From: a virus | Taxonomy: Duplodnaviria > Heunggongvirae > Uroviricota > Caudoviricetes | DNA: 29,517 bases | Virus record (IMG/VR): IMGVR_UViG_2531839446_000026 | Coordinates: 1 to 29,517 of that record | Strand: one strand, 5' to 3' | Shown: piece by piece, positions 8,380 through 17,850 of the stretch | Layout of the letters: each line of letters opens with the position of its first letter | Numbering within the stretch: the first letter of the stretch is position 1 | The notes under the pieces: generated by a model | The model's database searches: none | Told to the model about the DNA's origin: nothing | Seen by the model: only the letters and a program-made list of their open reading frames with translations | Program-made: the position numbers and the translations under genes

Positions 8380-10113
8380 ATGAGCCGGAAATCTTACCCC
8401 AACGTAAATGCAGCCAATCAGTATGCCCGTGATGTCGTGCGCGGAAAGATTGTGGCCTGCCAGTTTGTGATTCAGGCCTGCCAGCGCCATCTTGATGACC
8501 TGATGGCGGAAAAAAGTAAGTCGTTTCGTTACCGCTTCGACAAGGACCTGGCTGAACGGGCCGCCAAATTTATTCAGCTGTTGCCGCATACCAAGGGTGA
8601 GTGGGCATTCAAACGGATGCCCATCACGCTGGAGCCGTGGCAGCTCTTTGTGATCTGCTGTGCGTTTGGCTGGGTCAATAAAGGTACCCGGCTGCGCCGC
8701 TTCCGGGAGGTGTATACCGAAATCCCCCGTAAGAACGGCAAATCGGCAATCTCTGCCGGTGTCGCCCTGTATTGTTTTGCCTGTGATAACGAGTTTGGCG
8801 CGGAAGTGTATTCCGGTGCCACGACAGAGAAACAGGCGTGGGAAGTCTTTCGCCCGGCGCGACTGATGTGTAAACGCACACCCATGCTGACGGAAGCGTT
8901 CGGGATTGAGGTTAACGCCTCAAACATGAACCGTCCGGAGGATGGCGCGCGGTTTGAACCGCTGATCGGTAACCCCGGTGATGGATCATCACCCCACTGT
9001 GCGGTGGTGGATGAATATCACGAGCACGCCACCGATGCGCTTTACACCACGATGCTTACCGGGATGGGGGCGCGACGTCAGCCACTGATGTGGGCCATTA
9101 CTACTGCCGGGTACAACATTGAGGGGCCGTGCTACGACAAGCGGCGGGAAGTTATCGAGATGCTCAACGGGTCGGTACCCAACGATGAACTGTTCGGGAT
9201 CATCTATACCGTTGATGAAGGTGACGACTGGACCGACCCGCAGGTGCTGGAAAAAGCCAATCCAAATATTGGCGTGTCGGTTTATCGCGAATTTTTGTTA
9301 AGTCAGCAGCAGCGTGCGAAAAATAACGCCCGTCTGGCAAACGTCTTTAAAACAAAACACCTCAATATCTGGGTGTCGGCGCGTTCGGCGTATTTCAACC
9401 TGGTGAGCTGGCAGAGCTGCGAGGATAAATCACTGACCCTTGAGCAGTTCGAGGGGCAGCCGTGCATTCTGGCCTTTGACCTGGCGCGTAAGCTGGATAT
9501 GAACAGCATGGCGCGACTTTATACCCGCGAGATTGACGGTAAAACGCATTACTACAGTGTGGCCCCGCGTTTCTGGGTACCGTATGACACGGTGTACAGC
9601 GTCGAGAAAAATGAAGATCGACGGACAGCCGAACGCTTTCAGAAATGGGTGGAAATGGGCGTTCTGACCGTTACCGATGGTGCGGAGGTGGATTATCGCT
9701 ACATCCTCGAGGAGGCCAAAGCGGCGAACAAAATCAGCCCGGTCAGTGAGTCACCCATCGACCCCTTCGGGGCGACCGGATTGTCACATGACCTTGCTGA
9801 TGAAGACCTGAACCCCATCACTATCATTCAGAACTACACCAACATGTCCGACCCGATGAAAGAGCTGGAAGCGGCAATTGAATCGGGGCGCTTTCATCAT
9901 GATGGCAATCCCATCATGACCTGGTGTATCGGCAACGTGGTCGGCAAAACCATTCCGGGTAACGATGATGTGGTGAAGCCCGTCAAAGAGCAGGCGGAAA
10001 ACAAAATCGATGGTGCAGTTGCGCTGATTATGGCGGTTGGCAGAGCCATGCTGTACGAGAAAGAAGACACGCTGTCTGACCACATTGAGTCCTATGGGAT
10101 CCGCTCGCTTTAA
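8380..10113 (+). CDS. Terminase large subunit (HK97/Terminase_1 type)
   Basis: 577-aa ORF with P-loop RKNGKS and ATPase plus nuclease layout; follows terS. Confidence 0.95.
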
Positions 10114-10124
10114 CTGAGGTAATT

Positions 10125-10307
10125 ATGATCATGCTGATTCTCGCGCCTCTGGTGGGCGTGCTGGGGGCGCTTTTGCTGGCGTATGGTGCCTGGCTGATTT
10201 ATCCCCCGGCGGGGTTTGTTGTTGCCGGGGCGTTGTGTCTGTTCTGGTCGTGGCTGGTGGCGCGATATCTCGACCGTACACAGTCGTCTGTCGGCGGAGG
10301 TAAATAG
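10125..10307 (+). CDS. Small hydrophobic protein (two predicted TM helices), hypothetical
   Basis: GAGGT 4-5 nt upstream of the ATG; stop overlaps the portal GTG start (translational coupling). Confidence 0.45.
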
Positions 10308-11548
10308 TGTTCTTTTCGGGATTATTTCAACGAAAAAGTGACGCACCGGTGACCACGCCAGCAGAGCTGGCGGATGCTATCGGGTTGTCCTACGACACCT
10401 ATACCGGAAAGCAGATCAGCAGCCAGCGGGCCATGCGACTGACGGCGGTTTTTTCCTGTGTCAGGGTGCTGGCGGAGTCGGTCGGGATGTTGCCCTGCAA
10501 CCTGTATCACCTGAACGGCAGCCTGAAGCAGAGAGCCACTGGCGAACGTCTGCATAAGCTGATCTCCACGCATCCCAATGGCTATATGACGCCGCAGGAG
10601 TTCTGGGAGCTGGTGGTCACCTGTCTGTGCCTGCGGGGAAACTTTTACGCCTACAAAGTGAAAGCATTTGGCGAAGTGGCTGAACTGCTGCCCGTCGATC
10701 CCGGCTGTGTGGTACCGAAGCTTAACAGTAGCTGGGAGCCGGTCTATCAGGTCACATTCCCGGATGGCTCCACGGATGTACTGAGCCAGGAGGATATCTG
10801 GCATGTGCGCACGCTGACGCTGGACGGACTGGTGGGGCTGAATCCCATCGCCTATGCCCGCGAGGCAATATCGCTGGCGGCAGCGACCGAAGAGCACGGG
10901 GCCAGACTGTTCAGCAATGGCGCGGTGACGTCGGGTGTGTTGCGTACAGAGCAGACGCTGTCAGATCAGGCTTATGAGCGCCTGAAGAAAGATTTTGAGG
11001 AGCGTCACACCGGGCTTGGCAATGCTCACCGCCCGATGATCCTTGAGATGGGGCTGGACTGGAAGTCGATGGCGCTGAACGCCGAGGACAGCCAGTTCCT
11101 GGAAACCCGCAAGTTTCAGCTTGAAGAAATCTGTCGTCTGTTCCGGGTGCCGTTGCACATGGTGCAGAACACCGATCGCGCCACCTTCAACAATATCGAA
11201 GAGCTGGGGCTGGGATTTATCAACTATTCACTGGTGCCGTATCTGACCCGCATCGAACAGCGGATCAACACCGGACTGGTACGAAAAAGTAAGCAGGGCG
11301 TTTATTACGCCAAATTTAACGCCGGGGCGTTACTGCGCGGGGATATGAAGTCCCGTTTTGAAGCCTACGCCACCGGGATCAACTGGGGAATTTACTCTCC
11401 CAATGACTGCCGCGACCTGGAAGATATGAATCCGCGTCCCGGTGGTGATGTCTATCTCACACCGATGAACATGACCACGAAACCCTCCGATGGCAGTAAA
11501 GCCGGTAAGCAGAAGGATAACGCCAATGCAGACGAAACAACGTCTTGA
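10307..11548 (+). CDS. Portal protein (HK97 family), GTG start
   Basis: 413-aa ORF; N-terminal ..LF.RK....AVFSCVRVLAESVGMLP.NLY pattern typical of HK97-type portals; GGAGG 6 nt upstream of the GTG. Confidence 0.92.
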   Translation: MFFSGLFQRKSDAPVTTPAELADAIGLSYDTYTGKQISSQRAMRLTAVFSCVRVLAESVGMLPCNLYHLNGSLKQRATGERLHKLISTHPNGYMTPQEFWELVVTCLCLRGNFYAYKVKAFGEVAELLPVDPGCVVPKLNSSWEPVYQVTFPDGSTDVLSQEDIWHVRTLTLDGLVGLNPIAYAREAISLAAATEEHGARLFSNGAVTSGVLRTEQTLSDQAYERLKKDFEERHTGLGNAHRPMILEMGLDWKSMALNAEDSQFLETRKFQLEEICRLFRVPLHMVQNTDRATFNNIEELGLGFINYSLVPYLTRIEQRINTGLVRKSKQGVYYAKFNAGALLRGDMKSRFEAYATGINWGIYSPNDCRDLEDMNPRPGGDVYLTPMNMTTKPSDGSKAGKQKDNANADETTS

Positions 11549-12176
11549 TGTACCGCTGAGTCTGAAATCTGTCAGTGACTCCGGTGAGTTTGAAGGGTAT
11601 GGCTCCGTCTTTGGTGTAAAGGACAGCCACGATGATGTGGTGATGTCCGGGGCATTTGCTGCTTCCCTGCGGGCGTGGAGTGACAGAAAAGCGTTACCTG
11701 CGCTGCTCTGGCAGCACCGCATGGATGAACCCATCGGTGTTTACACCGAAATGAAGGAAGACGATGTCGGGCTTTACGTCAGGGGGCGGTTGCTCATTGA
11801 TGATGATCCCCTGGCAAAACGCGCACATGCACACATGAAGGCCGGTTCGTTAACCGGCCTTTCTATTGGGTACGTCCTGAAGGACTGGGAATACGACCGG
11901 ACGAAAGAAGCCTTTCTGCTGAAAGAAATCGACCTCTGGGAAGTCAGTCTGGTGACGTTTCCGTCTAACGACGAGGCGCGGATCAGCGACGTCAAGAACG
12001 CGCTGGCCCGCGGGGAAATCCCCGAACAGAAAAAAATCGAAAGAGTCCTGCGTGATGTCGGACTCTCCCGTACCCAGGCCAAAGCATTCATGGCCGGGGG
12101 CTATGGCGCACTGTCCCTGCGCGACGCTGAGGATGTGGGCTCTGCACTGAATGCACTGAAAAATCTGAACTTCTAA
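11490..12176 (+). CDS. Prohead maturation protease (HK97 family); alternative start at ATG 11526
   Basis: GEFEGYGSVFG...VVMSGAF core; canonical position between portal and capsid genes. Confidence 0.85.
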   Translation: MAVKPVSRRITPMQTKQRLDVPLSLKSVSDSGEFEGYGSVFGVKDSHDDVVMSGAFAASLRAWSDRKALPALLWQHRMDEPIGVYTEMKEDDVGLYVRGRLLIDDDPLAKRAHAHMKAGSLTGLSIGYVLKDWEYDRTKEAFLLKEIDLWEVSLVTFPSNDEARISDVKNALARGEIPEQKKIERVLRDVGLSRTQAKAFMAGGYGALSLRDAEDVGSALNALKNLNF

Positions 12177-12190
12177 TCAGGAGAAATACG

Positions 12191-13396
12191 ATGGCGGTAG
12201 ATATTAAAGATGTCGAACAGGTCGCGCAGGAGCTGCAGCAGAAGTTTGACGACTTCAAAGCAAAGAACGACAAGCGCGTGGATGCGATTGAGCAGGAAAA
12301 AGGCAAGCTTGCCGGGCAGGTGGAAACCCTGAACGGGAAACTCAGCGAGCTGGAAAATCTCAAAAGCGATCTTGAAAAAGAGCTGCTTGAGCTGAAACGT
12401 CCGGCAGGTGGCGCGCAAAATAAACTGGCCACCGAGCATAAAGAAGCGTTTGTGGGCTTTTTGCGTAAAGGCCGTGAAGATGGTCTGCGCGATCTGGAGC
12501 GTAAGGCATTGCAGGTGGGCACCGATGAAGACGGTGGCTATGCCGTGCCGGAAGCGCTGGATCGCAACATTCTCACCCTGCTGAAAGATGAAGTGGTGAT
12601 GCGCCAGGAAGCCACGGTGATCACCGTTGGCGGTTCCGACTACAAAAAACTGGTGAATCTGGGCGGCACGGCTTCCGGATGGGTGGGGGAAACGGATACG
12701 CGATCCCAGACTGCCACCTCCAGACTGGAGCTGATTGAACCTCTCATGGGGGAAATCTACGGCAACCCGCAGGCCACCCAGAAAATGCTGGATGATGCCT
12801 TCTTCAACGTGGAGGCCTGGATCAACAGCGAGCTGGCAACCGAATTTGCCGAACAGGAAGAAATTGCCTTTACCACCGGCGATGGTACCAAGAAGCCGAA
12901 AGGGTTCCTGGCGTATGAATCCACTGATGAAACCGATAAGGTCCGGGCGTTCGGCAAACTTCAGCATATTGTATCCGGCGAAGCGACCGCGGTGACCGCA
13001 GACGCCATTATCAAACTGATTTACACGCTGCGAAAGGCACACCGCACTGGCGCGAAGTTCATGATGAACAACAACAGCCTGTTTGCCATCCGTCTGCTGA
13101 AAGACACCGAGGGTAACTATCTGTGGCGTCCGGGGCTGGAACTGGGGCAGCCGTCCTCTCTGGCGGGTTACGGTATCGCTGAAAACGAACAGATGCCGGA
13201 TATCGCCGCTGATGCGAAAGCCATTGCATTTGGTAACTTCAAACGGGGTTACACCATCGTTGACCGTATCGGCACCCGCATTCTGCGTGATCCGTACACC
13301 AATAAACCGTTTGTCGGTTTTTATACCACCAAGCGCACCGGCGGGATGCTGGTCGATTCGCAGGCCATCAAACTGCTGAAGATTGCAGCGGCGTAA
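12191..13396 (+). CDS. Major capsid protein (HK97 fold) with N-terminal coiled-coil delta/scaffolding domain
   Basis: 401-aa ORF; N-terminal ~100 aa heptad-rich (KLAGQVETLNGKLSELENLKSDLEKELLEL), then capsid domain; SD CAGGAGAAA upstream. Confidence 0.92.
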   Translation: MAVDIKDVEQVAQELQQKFDDFKAKNDKRVDAIEQEKGKLAGQVETLNGKLSELENLKSDLEKELLELKRPAGGAQNKLATEHKEAFVGFLRKGREDGLRDLERKALQVGTDEDGGYAVPEALDRNILTLLKDEVVMRQEATVITVGGSDYKKLVNLGGTASGWVGETDTRSQTATSRLELIEPLMGEIYGNPQATQKMLDDAFFNVEAWINSELATEFAEQEEIAFTTGDGTKKPKGFLAYESTDETDKVRAFGKLQHIVSGEATAVTADAIIKLIYTLRKAHRTGAKFMMNNNSLFAIRLLKDTEGNYLWRPGLELGQPSSLAGYGIAENEQMPDIAADAKAIAFGNFKRGYTIVDRIGTRILRDPYTNKPFVGFYTTKRTGGMLVDSQAIKLLKIAAA

Positions 13397-13445
13397 TCAT
13401 TCAGGGGCGCGGAACCGCGCCCCCTGTTCTGACGGGTGAAGAATC

Positions 13446-13646
13446 ATGATCCTGAAACAAGATCTGAAATGGTCACCGGACGGTATGCGTGTTGAGGTCA
13501 TTCGGGCCGGTGAGTATGACGACGGGGCGCTTCCTGCCCGGGTGCAGGAGATTGCACTTCAGGCCGGGTTAGCTGAGCGCGGAACCAGTGCAAAAAGCAG
13601 TAAAGCGGCAAAAGAGAAAAAAGCCACGACCAGTAAAGAGAGCTGA
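13446..13646 (+). CDS. Hypothetical small protein with Lys-rich C-terminus
   Basis: 66-aa ORF between the capsid and connector genes with a plausible SD (GGTGAAG); no family recognised. Confidence 0.4.
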   Translation: MILKQDLKWSPDGMRVEVIRAGEYDDGALPARVQEIALQAGLAERGTSAKSSKAAKEKKATTSKES

Positions 13647-13648
13647 GT

Positions 13649-13972
13649 ATGCTTCTGACAATGGAAGAGATTAAAGCCCAACTCCGGCTGGATGAGGATT
13701 TCGATACTGATGACCGCCATCTGCAACTGCTGGCATGTGCGGCACAAAAGCGGACGGAAACGTATCTGAACCGGAAGCTCTATGCACCGGATGAAACCAT
13801 TCCGGACAGCGATCCGGACGGGCTGCACCTGCCGGATGATATTCGTCTGGGGATGCTGATGCTTATCAGCCATTTTTACGAAAACCGCTCGTCGGTTACG
13901 GAAGTGGAGAAACTCGACATGCCGCAGAGTTTTGGCTGGCTTGTCGGCCCGTACAGGTACTTTCCGCAATGA
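13649..13972 (+). CDS. Head-tail connector (gp6-like DNA-packaging/connector protein)
   Basis: N-terminus MEEIKAQLRLDEDFDTDD..LQLL..AAQ matches the gp6-like connector signature. Confidence 0.8.
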   Translation: MLLTMEEIKAQLRLDEDFDTDDRHLQLLACAAQKRTETYLNRKLYAPDETIPDSDPDGLHLPDDIRLGMLMLISHFYENRSSVTEVEKLDMPQSFGWLVGPYRYFPQ

Positions 13973-14379
13973 AAATTCGTCAGGCGCAGACCAGCGCAAC
14001 CTACATTCTGCCGGACCCCGGTGAACTGAATAAACGCGTCCTGATCCGCCTGCGGGTGGATATGCCCGCGGATAACTTTGGCGTGGAGCCTCAATACCCG
14101 GTTACGTTCCGGACATGGGCGAAGGTTATCCAGACCAGTGCCACCACCTGGCAGGAAACCGCGCAGACCGGGGACGCCATCACCCATTACATCACTATTC
14201 GTTACCGCCGGGGGATCACCGCTGATTATGAGGTGGTCTGCGGTGACAGTGTGTACCGGGTGAAACGTCAGCGCGATCTGAACGGGGCGCGGCGCTTTCT
14301 GCTGCTGGAGTGTACGGAGCTGGGCGAATGTAGGCAGAGTCACGGAGGCAACAATGACGACTTCCTTTTTGCACGTTGA
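13969..14379 (+). CDS. Head closure / head-tail adaptor protein
   Basis: ..FRTWAKVIQ.SATTWQE...GDAITHYITIRYRRGIT.DYEVV.GD..YRV pattern typical of phage head-closure proteins; overlapping start and stop with neighbours. Confidence 0.8.
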   Translation: MKIRQAQTSATYILPDPGELNKRVLIRLRVDMPADNFGVEPQYPVTFRTWAKVIQTSATTWQETAQTGDAITHYITIRYRRGITADYEVVCGDSVYRVKRQRDLNGARRFLLLECTELGECRQSHGGNNDDFLFAR

Positions 14380-14860
14380 TTTTCAGCAGCCCGCGGAGAT
14401 GCGCTTTAACCGCGCCCGTGTCCGGCGGGCGTTTGTCACGATTGGTCAGCGTCATATGCGTGATGCCCGTCGGCTGGTGATGCGCCGTGCGCGGTCGGCA
14501 CCGGGTGAAAACCCCGGTTATCAGACCGGACGCCTGGCTCGTTCGATTGGTTACATGGTACCCAGAGCCAGTAAACATCGCCCTGGTTTTATGGCACGTA
14601 TAGCCCCTAACCAGCGTAATGGAGAGGGAAACCGCCGTATCACCGGTGATTTTTATCCGGCTTTTTTGTTCTATGGCGTGAGGCGAGGGGCAAAGCGTCG
14701 TCGCAGCCATCATCGTGGTGCATCCGGTGGCAGCGGCTGGCGACTGGCTCCACGTAATAACTTCATGGTGGAAACGCTTGAAAAGAACCGCAGCTGGACA
14801 CGCTATTTTCTGGCGCGGGAATTGCGTAAATCACTGAAGCCGGAGCGACGACACAGATGA
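14354..14860 (+). CDS. HK97 gp10-family tail-completion protein
   Basis: ..GENPGYQTGRLARSIGY.. motif and position after the head-closure gene. Confidence 0.7.
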   Translation: MTTSFLHVDFQQPAEMRFNRARVRRAFVTIGQRHMRDARRLVMRRARSAPGENPGYQTGRLARSIGYMVPRASKHRPGFMARIAPNQRNGEGNRRITGDFYPAFLFYGVRRGAKRRRSHHRGASGGSGWRLAPRNNFMVETLEKNRSWTRYFLARELRKSLKPERRHR

Positions 14861-15417
14861 AACTGACGCCTGTTATTGCTGCACTGCGTGCCCGTTGTCC
14901 GTATTTTGAAAACCGGGTTGCAGGCGCGGCCCAGTTCAAAAATCTGCCGGAGGTCGGAAAGCTGAAACTCCCGGCGGCATATGTTGTACCGGGTGATGAT
15001 TCTCCGGGAGAAAACAAAAGCCAGACCGACTACTGGCAGGAGCTGAAAGAGGGCTTCTCCGTGGTTGTCATACTGAGTAACGGGCGTGATGAGCGCGGTC
15101 AGTTTGCTTCGTATGATGTGGTGGACGATGTCCGGCAGATGCTCTTTAAGGCCCTGCTGGGCTGGAACCCGGAAGCGTGCGGTAACCCGATTAACTATGA
15201 CGGCGGCACGCTGCTGGATCTGAATCGTCATGAGCTGATTTATCAGTTCGATTTTTCGATCATCAGCGAGCTGACTGAAGACGATACCCGCCAGCAGGAT
15301 GACCTGAACAGTCTGGATGAACTGCGAACGCTGGCGATTGATGTTGATTATCTCGATCCCGGTAACGGGCCTGACGGCGATATCGAACATCACACCGAAA
15401 TAACCCTTCCTTCCTGA
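14857..15417 (+). CDS. Hypothetical neck or tail protein (pre-sheath)
   Basis: 186-aa ORF translationally coupled to the upstream gene; family not recognised. Confidence 0.55.
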   Translation: MKLTPVIAALRARCPYFENRVAGAAQFKNLPEVGKLKLPAAYVVPGDDSPGENKSQTDYWQELKEGFSVVVILSNGRDERGQFASYDVVDDVRQMLFKALLGWNPEACGNPINYDGGTLLDLNRHELIYQFDFSIISELTEDDTRQQDDLNSLDELRTLAIDVDYLDPGNGPDGDIEHHTEITLPS

Positions 15418-15425
15418 GAATCTTC

Positions 15426-15596
15426 ATGTTTGTGAAACCTGTTAAAGGGCGGTCAGTGCCTGACCCTGCCCGCGGTGACCTTTTGCCCGCCGAAGGGCGA
15501 AATGTTGACGAGAACAACTACTGGCTGCGCCGTGAAGCAGCGGGTGATATCCGGCGCGTGAATAAAAAGGTGAACACCGATGACGATAAGCTTTAA
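15426..15596 (+). CDS. Possible small protein upstream of the sheath gene (56 aa; below the ORF-table cutoff)
   Basis: ATG at 15426, stop at 15594-15596, overlapping the sheath start by 17 nt; no clear SD. Confidence 0.3.
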   Translation: MFVKPVKGRSVPDPARGDLLPAEGRNVDENNYWLRREAAGDIRRVNKKVNTDDDKL

Positions 15597-17076
15597 CACC
15601 ATTCCGTCGAATACGCTGGTTCCGCTGTTTTATGCGGAAATGGATAACCAGGCGGCGAATACTGCACAGGACAGCGGAGCATCGCTGCTGATTGGTCATG
15701 CCAATAACGGTGCAGAGATTGTTGCCAACAGTCTGGTGCTGATGCCGTCGGCAGACTATGCACGCCAGATTTGTGGTGCGGGAAGTCAGCTGGCGCGTAT
15801 GGTCGAGGCTTATCGCCAGACCGACCCGTTTGGTGAACTGTATGTAATTGCCGTTCCTGAATCCACGGGCGCGGCGGCAACGGTTACGCTGACGGTGACC
15901 GGGGCGGCAACCGAAACCGGCACGGTGAATGTTTATGTGGGACGTACCCGCGTGCAGGCACCGGTGACCAACGGCGATAACGTCACGACGATTGCCAGCA
16001 GTATCAAAGATGCCATTAATGCCGTTCCGGCCCTGCCGTTTACGGCCTCATCTTCGGCAGGCGTGGTCACGCTGACCGCGCGTCATAAGGGGCTTTGCGG
16101 GAATGAAATTCCTGTCAGCCTCAATTACTACGGCTTTGGTGGGGGCGAAGTGCTGCCAGCGGGCGTACAGATTGCTGTGGCGACGGGGAGCGCCGGAACG
16201 GGCGCTCCGGTTCTCACCGGCGCGGTGGCTGCAATGGCGGATGAGCCGTTTGATTATATTGGCCTGCCGTTCAACGACACGGCCTCCGTTAACACGCTGG
16301 TGACAGAGATGAACGATACCAGCGGTCGCTGGAGCTATGCGCGTCAGCTGTATGGTCATGTGTATACGGCAAAGATCGGCACGCTGTCAGAACTGGTGAA
16401 CGCAGGTGACCAGTTTAACCAGCAGCACATTACCCTGGCGGGATACGAAAAAGAGACCCAGACGCCTGCCGACGAGCTGGCGGCAAGCCGTACCGCCCGC
16501 GCAGCGGTGTTTATTCGCAACGATCCGGCACGTCCCACGCAGACCGGTGAGCTGGTGGGTATGCTGCCTGCGCCGAAGGGGAAACGGTTCACGATGACCG
16601 AACAACAGACCCTGCTGTCTCATGGCGTGGCAACGGCGTATGTCGAAAGCGGGGTGCTGCGCATTCAGCGTGATGTCACCACGTACAGGAAAAACGCTTA
16701 CGGTGTTGCGGATAACAGCTACCTCGACAGCGAGACGCTGCATACCAGCGCGTATGTGCTGCGCAAACTGAAATCCGTCATTACCAGTAAGTACGGGCGT
16801 CACAAGCTTGCCAGCGACGGTACCCGCTTTGGTCCCGGTCAGGCGATTGTCACACCGGCGGTGATCAAAGGGGAACTGCTGGCAACCTACCGTCAGCTTG
16901 AGCGTGCGGGGATCGTGGAAAACTACGAACTGTTTAAGCAGTACCTGGTTGTGGAGCGTGATGCCAGCGATCCGAACCGCCTGAACACGCTGTTCCCGCC
17001 TGACTATGTTAACCAGTTGCGTGTCTTTGCCGTGGTTAACCAGTTCCGTCTTCAGTATTCAGAGGAGTCTGCATAA
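15580..17076 (+). CDS. Contractile tail sheath protein (Mu gpL-like)
   Basis: 498-aa ORF followed directly by the tube gene, chaperone and tape measure; N-terminus TISFNTIPSNTLVPLFYAE typical of sheath proteins. Confidence 0.9.
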   Translation: MTISFNTIPSNTLVPLFYAEMDNQAANTAQDSGASLLIGHANNGAEIVANSLVLMPSADYARQICGAGSQLARMVEAYRQTDPFGELYVIAVPESTGAAATVTLTVTGAATETGTVNVYVGRTRVQAPVTNGDNVTTIASSIKDAINAVPALPFTASSSAGVVTLTARHKGLCGNEIPVSLNYYGFGGGEVLPAGVQIAVATGSAGTGAPVLTGAVAAMADEPFDYIGLPFNDTASVNTLVTEMNDTSGRWSYARQLYGHVYTAKIGTLSELVNAGDQFNQQHITLAGYEKETQTPADELAASRTARAAVFIRNDPARPTQTGELVGMLPAPKGKRFTMTEQQTLLSHGVATAYVESGVLRIQRDVTTYRKNAYGVADNSYLDSETLHTSAYVLRKLKSVITSKYGRHKLASDGTRFGPGQAIVTPAVIKGELLATYRQLERAGIVENYELFKQYLVVERDASDPNRLNTLFPPDYVNQLRVFAVVNQFRLQYSEESA

Positions 17077-17432
17077 TGGCCCGTATCGGGGGAACCTGTT
17101 ATTTCAAAATTGACGGTCAGCAGCTATCGCTGACCGGCGGCATTGAGGTGCCCATGAACAGGACGGTCAATGATGACATCATCGGCCTGGACGGTTCAGT
17201 GGACCGCAAGGAAACTCACCGTGCGCCTTATGTCAAAGGGACCTTCAAGGTGCCGAAGAATTTTCCGGTGAGCAAAATCACCTCGTCTGATGAGATGACC
17301 ATCACTGCCGAGCTGGCGAACGGTCAGGTCTATGTATTGTCGTCCGCCTGGCTGCACGGCGAAGCGAACCATAATGCCGAAGAAGGCACGGTTGATCTTG
17401 AGTTCCACGGTGAAGAAGGGGATTACCAGTAA
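17076..17432 (+). CDS. Tail tube protein (Mu gpM-like)
   Basis: 118-aa ORF, start overlaps the sheath stop (TAATG). Confidence 0.85.
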   Translation: MARIGGTCYFKIDGQQLSLTGGIEVPMNRTVNDDIIGLDGSVDRKETHRAPYVKGTFKVPKNFPVSKITSSDEMTITAELANGQVYVLSSAWLHGEANHNAEEGTVDLEFHGEEGDYQ

Positions 17433-17701
17433 TGAAAGAGCTTGAGTTAAAGAAACCGATTATCGCTCATGGTGAGACACTCTCCGTACTGGAGTTTGAT
17501 GAACCCACCGGGAAGGATGTCCGCGAGCTGGGGTATCCCTACCAGATGAATCAGGATGAGTCAGTCAGACTTCTGGCGCATGTGGTGTCGAAATACATTG
17601 TGCGGCTGGCGAAAGTGCCGCAAAGCTCTGTCGACCAGATGTCTCCGGCAGACCTGAATGCAGCGGCGTGGCTTGTGGCTGGTTTTTTCCTCCAGGCCTG
17701 A
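17432..17701 (+). CDS. Tail assembly chaperone (G-like short form)
   Basis: 89-aa ORF immediately upstream of the tape measure gene, ending just after a T-TTT-TTC slippery heptamer. Confidence 0.8.
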   Translation: MKELELKKPIIAHGETLSVLEFDEPTGKDVRELGYPYQMNQDESVRLLAHVVSKYIVRLAKVPQSSVDQMSPADLNAAAWLVAGFFLQA

Positions 17702-17850
17702 CGGCTGAATACCTCACTGATCGCTTCTTTGACTGCGCCAGCTACTGGCGCATTAATCCCTTCGAATTGCTGAATATGCCTATCAGTGAAATTCCCTTGC
17801 TGGTCAGTCAGGCAAACAGGATAGAGCAGGAGAAACGCACACATGGCTGA
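17432..17850 (+). CDS. Tail assembly chaperone -1 frameshift fusion product (G-T-like long form)
   Basis: A -1 slip at 17683-17689 moves the ribosome into the frame of ORF 17668..17850, which ends 8 nt inside the tape measure gene. Confidence 0.65.
17683..17689 (+). other. Programmed -1 ribosomal frameshift slippery heptamer T-TTT-TTC
   Basis: In the 0 frame of the chaperone gene the codons are GGT TTT TTC; after a -1 slip the next codon is CCT in the frame of the overlapping ORF. Confidence 0.65.

Noticed and set aside
10322-10897. 191-aa ORF on the minus strand
   Set aside because: Antisense to the portal gene; no start context or homology.
12173-13042. 289-aa ORF on the minus strand
   Set aside because: Lies entirely antisense to the well-supported major capsid gene; such long antisense ORFs are expected in GC-rich coding sequence and it shows no recognisable motifs.
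14216-15393. Minus-strand ORFs 14216..14713 (165 aa) and 14803..15393 (196 aa)
   Set aside because: Antisense to the tightly packed, translationally coupled head-completion and tail genes; Arg/Pro-rich low-complexity translations typical of antisense GC-rich DNA.
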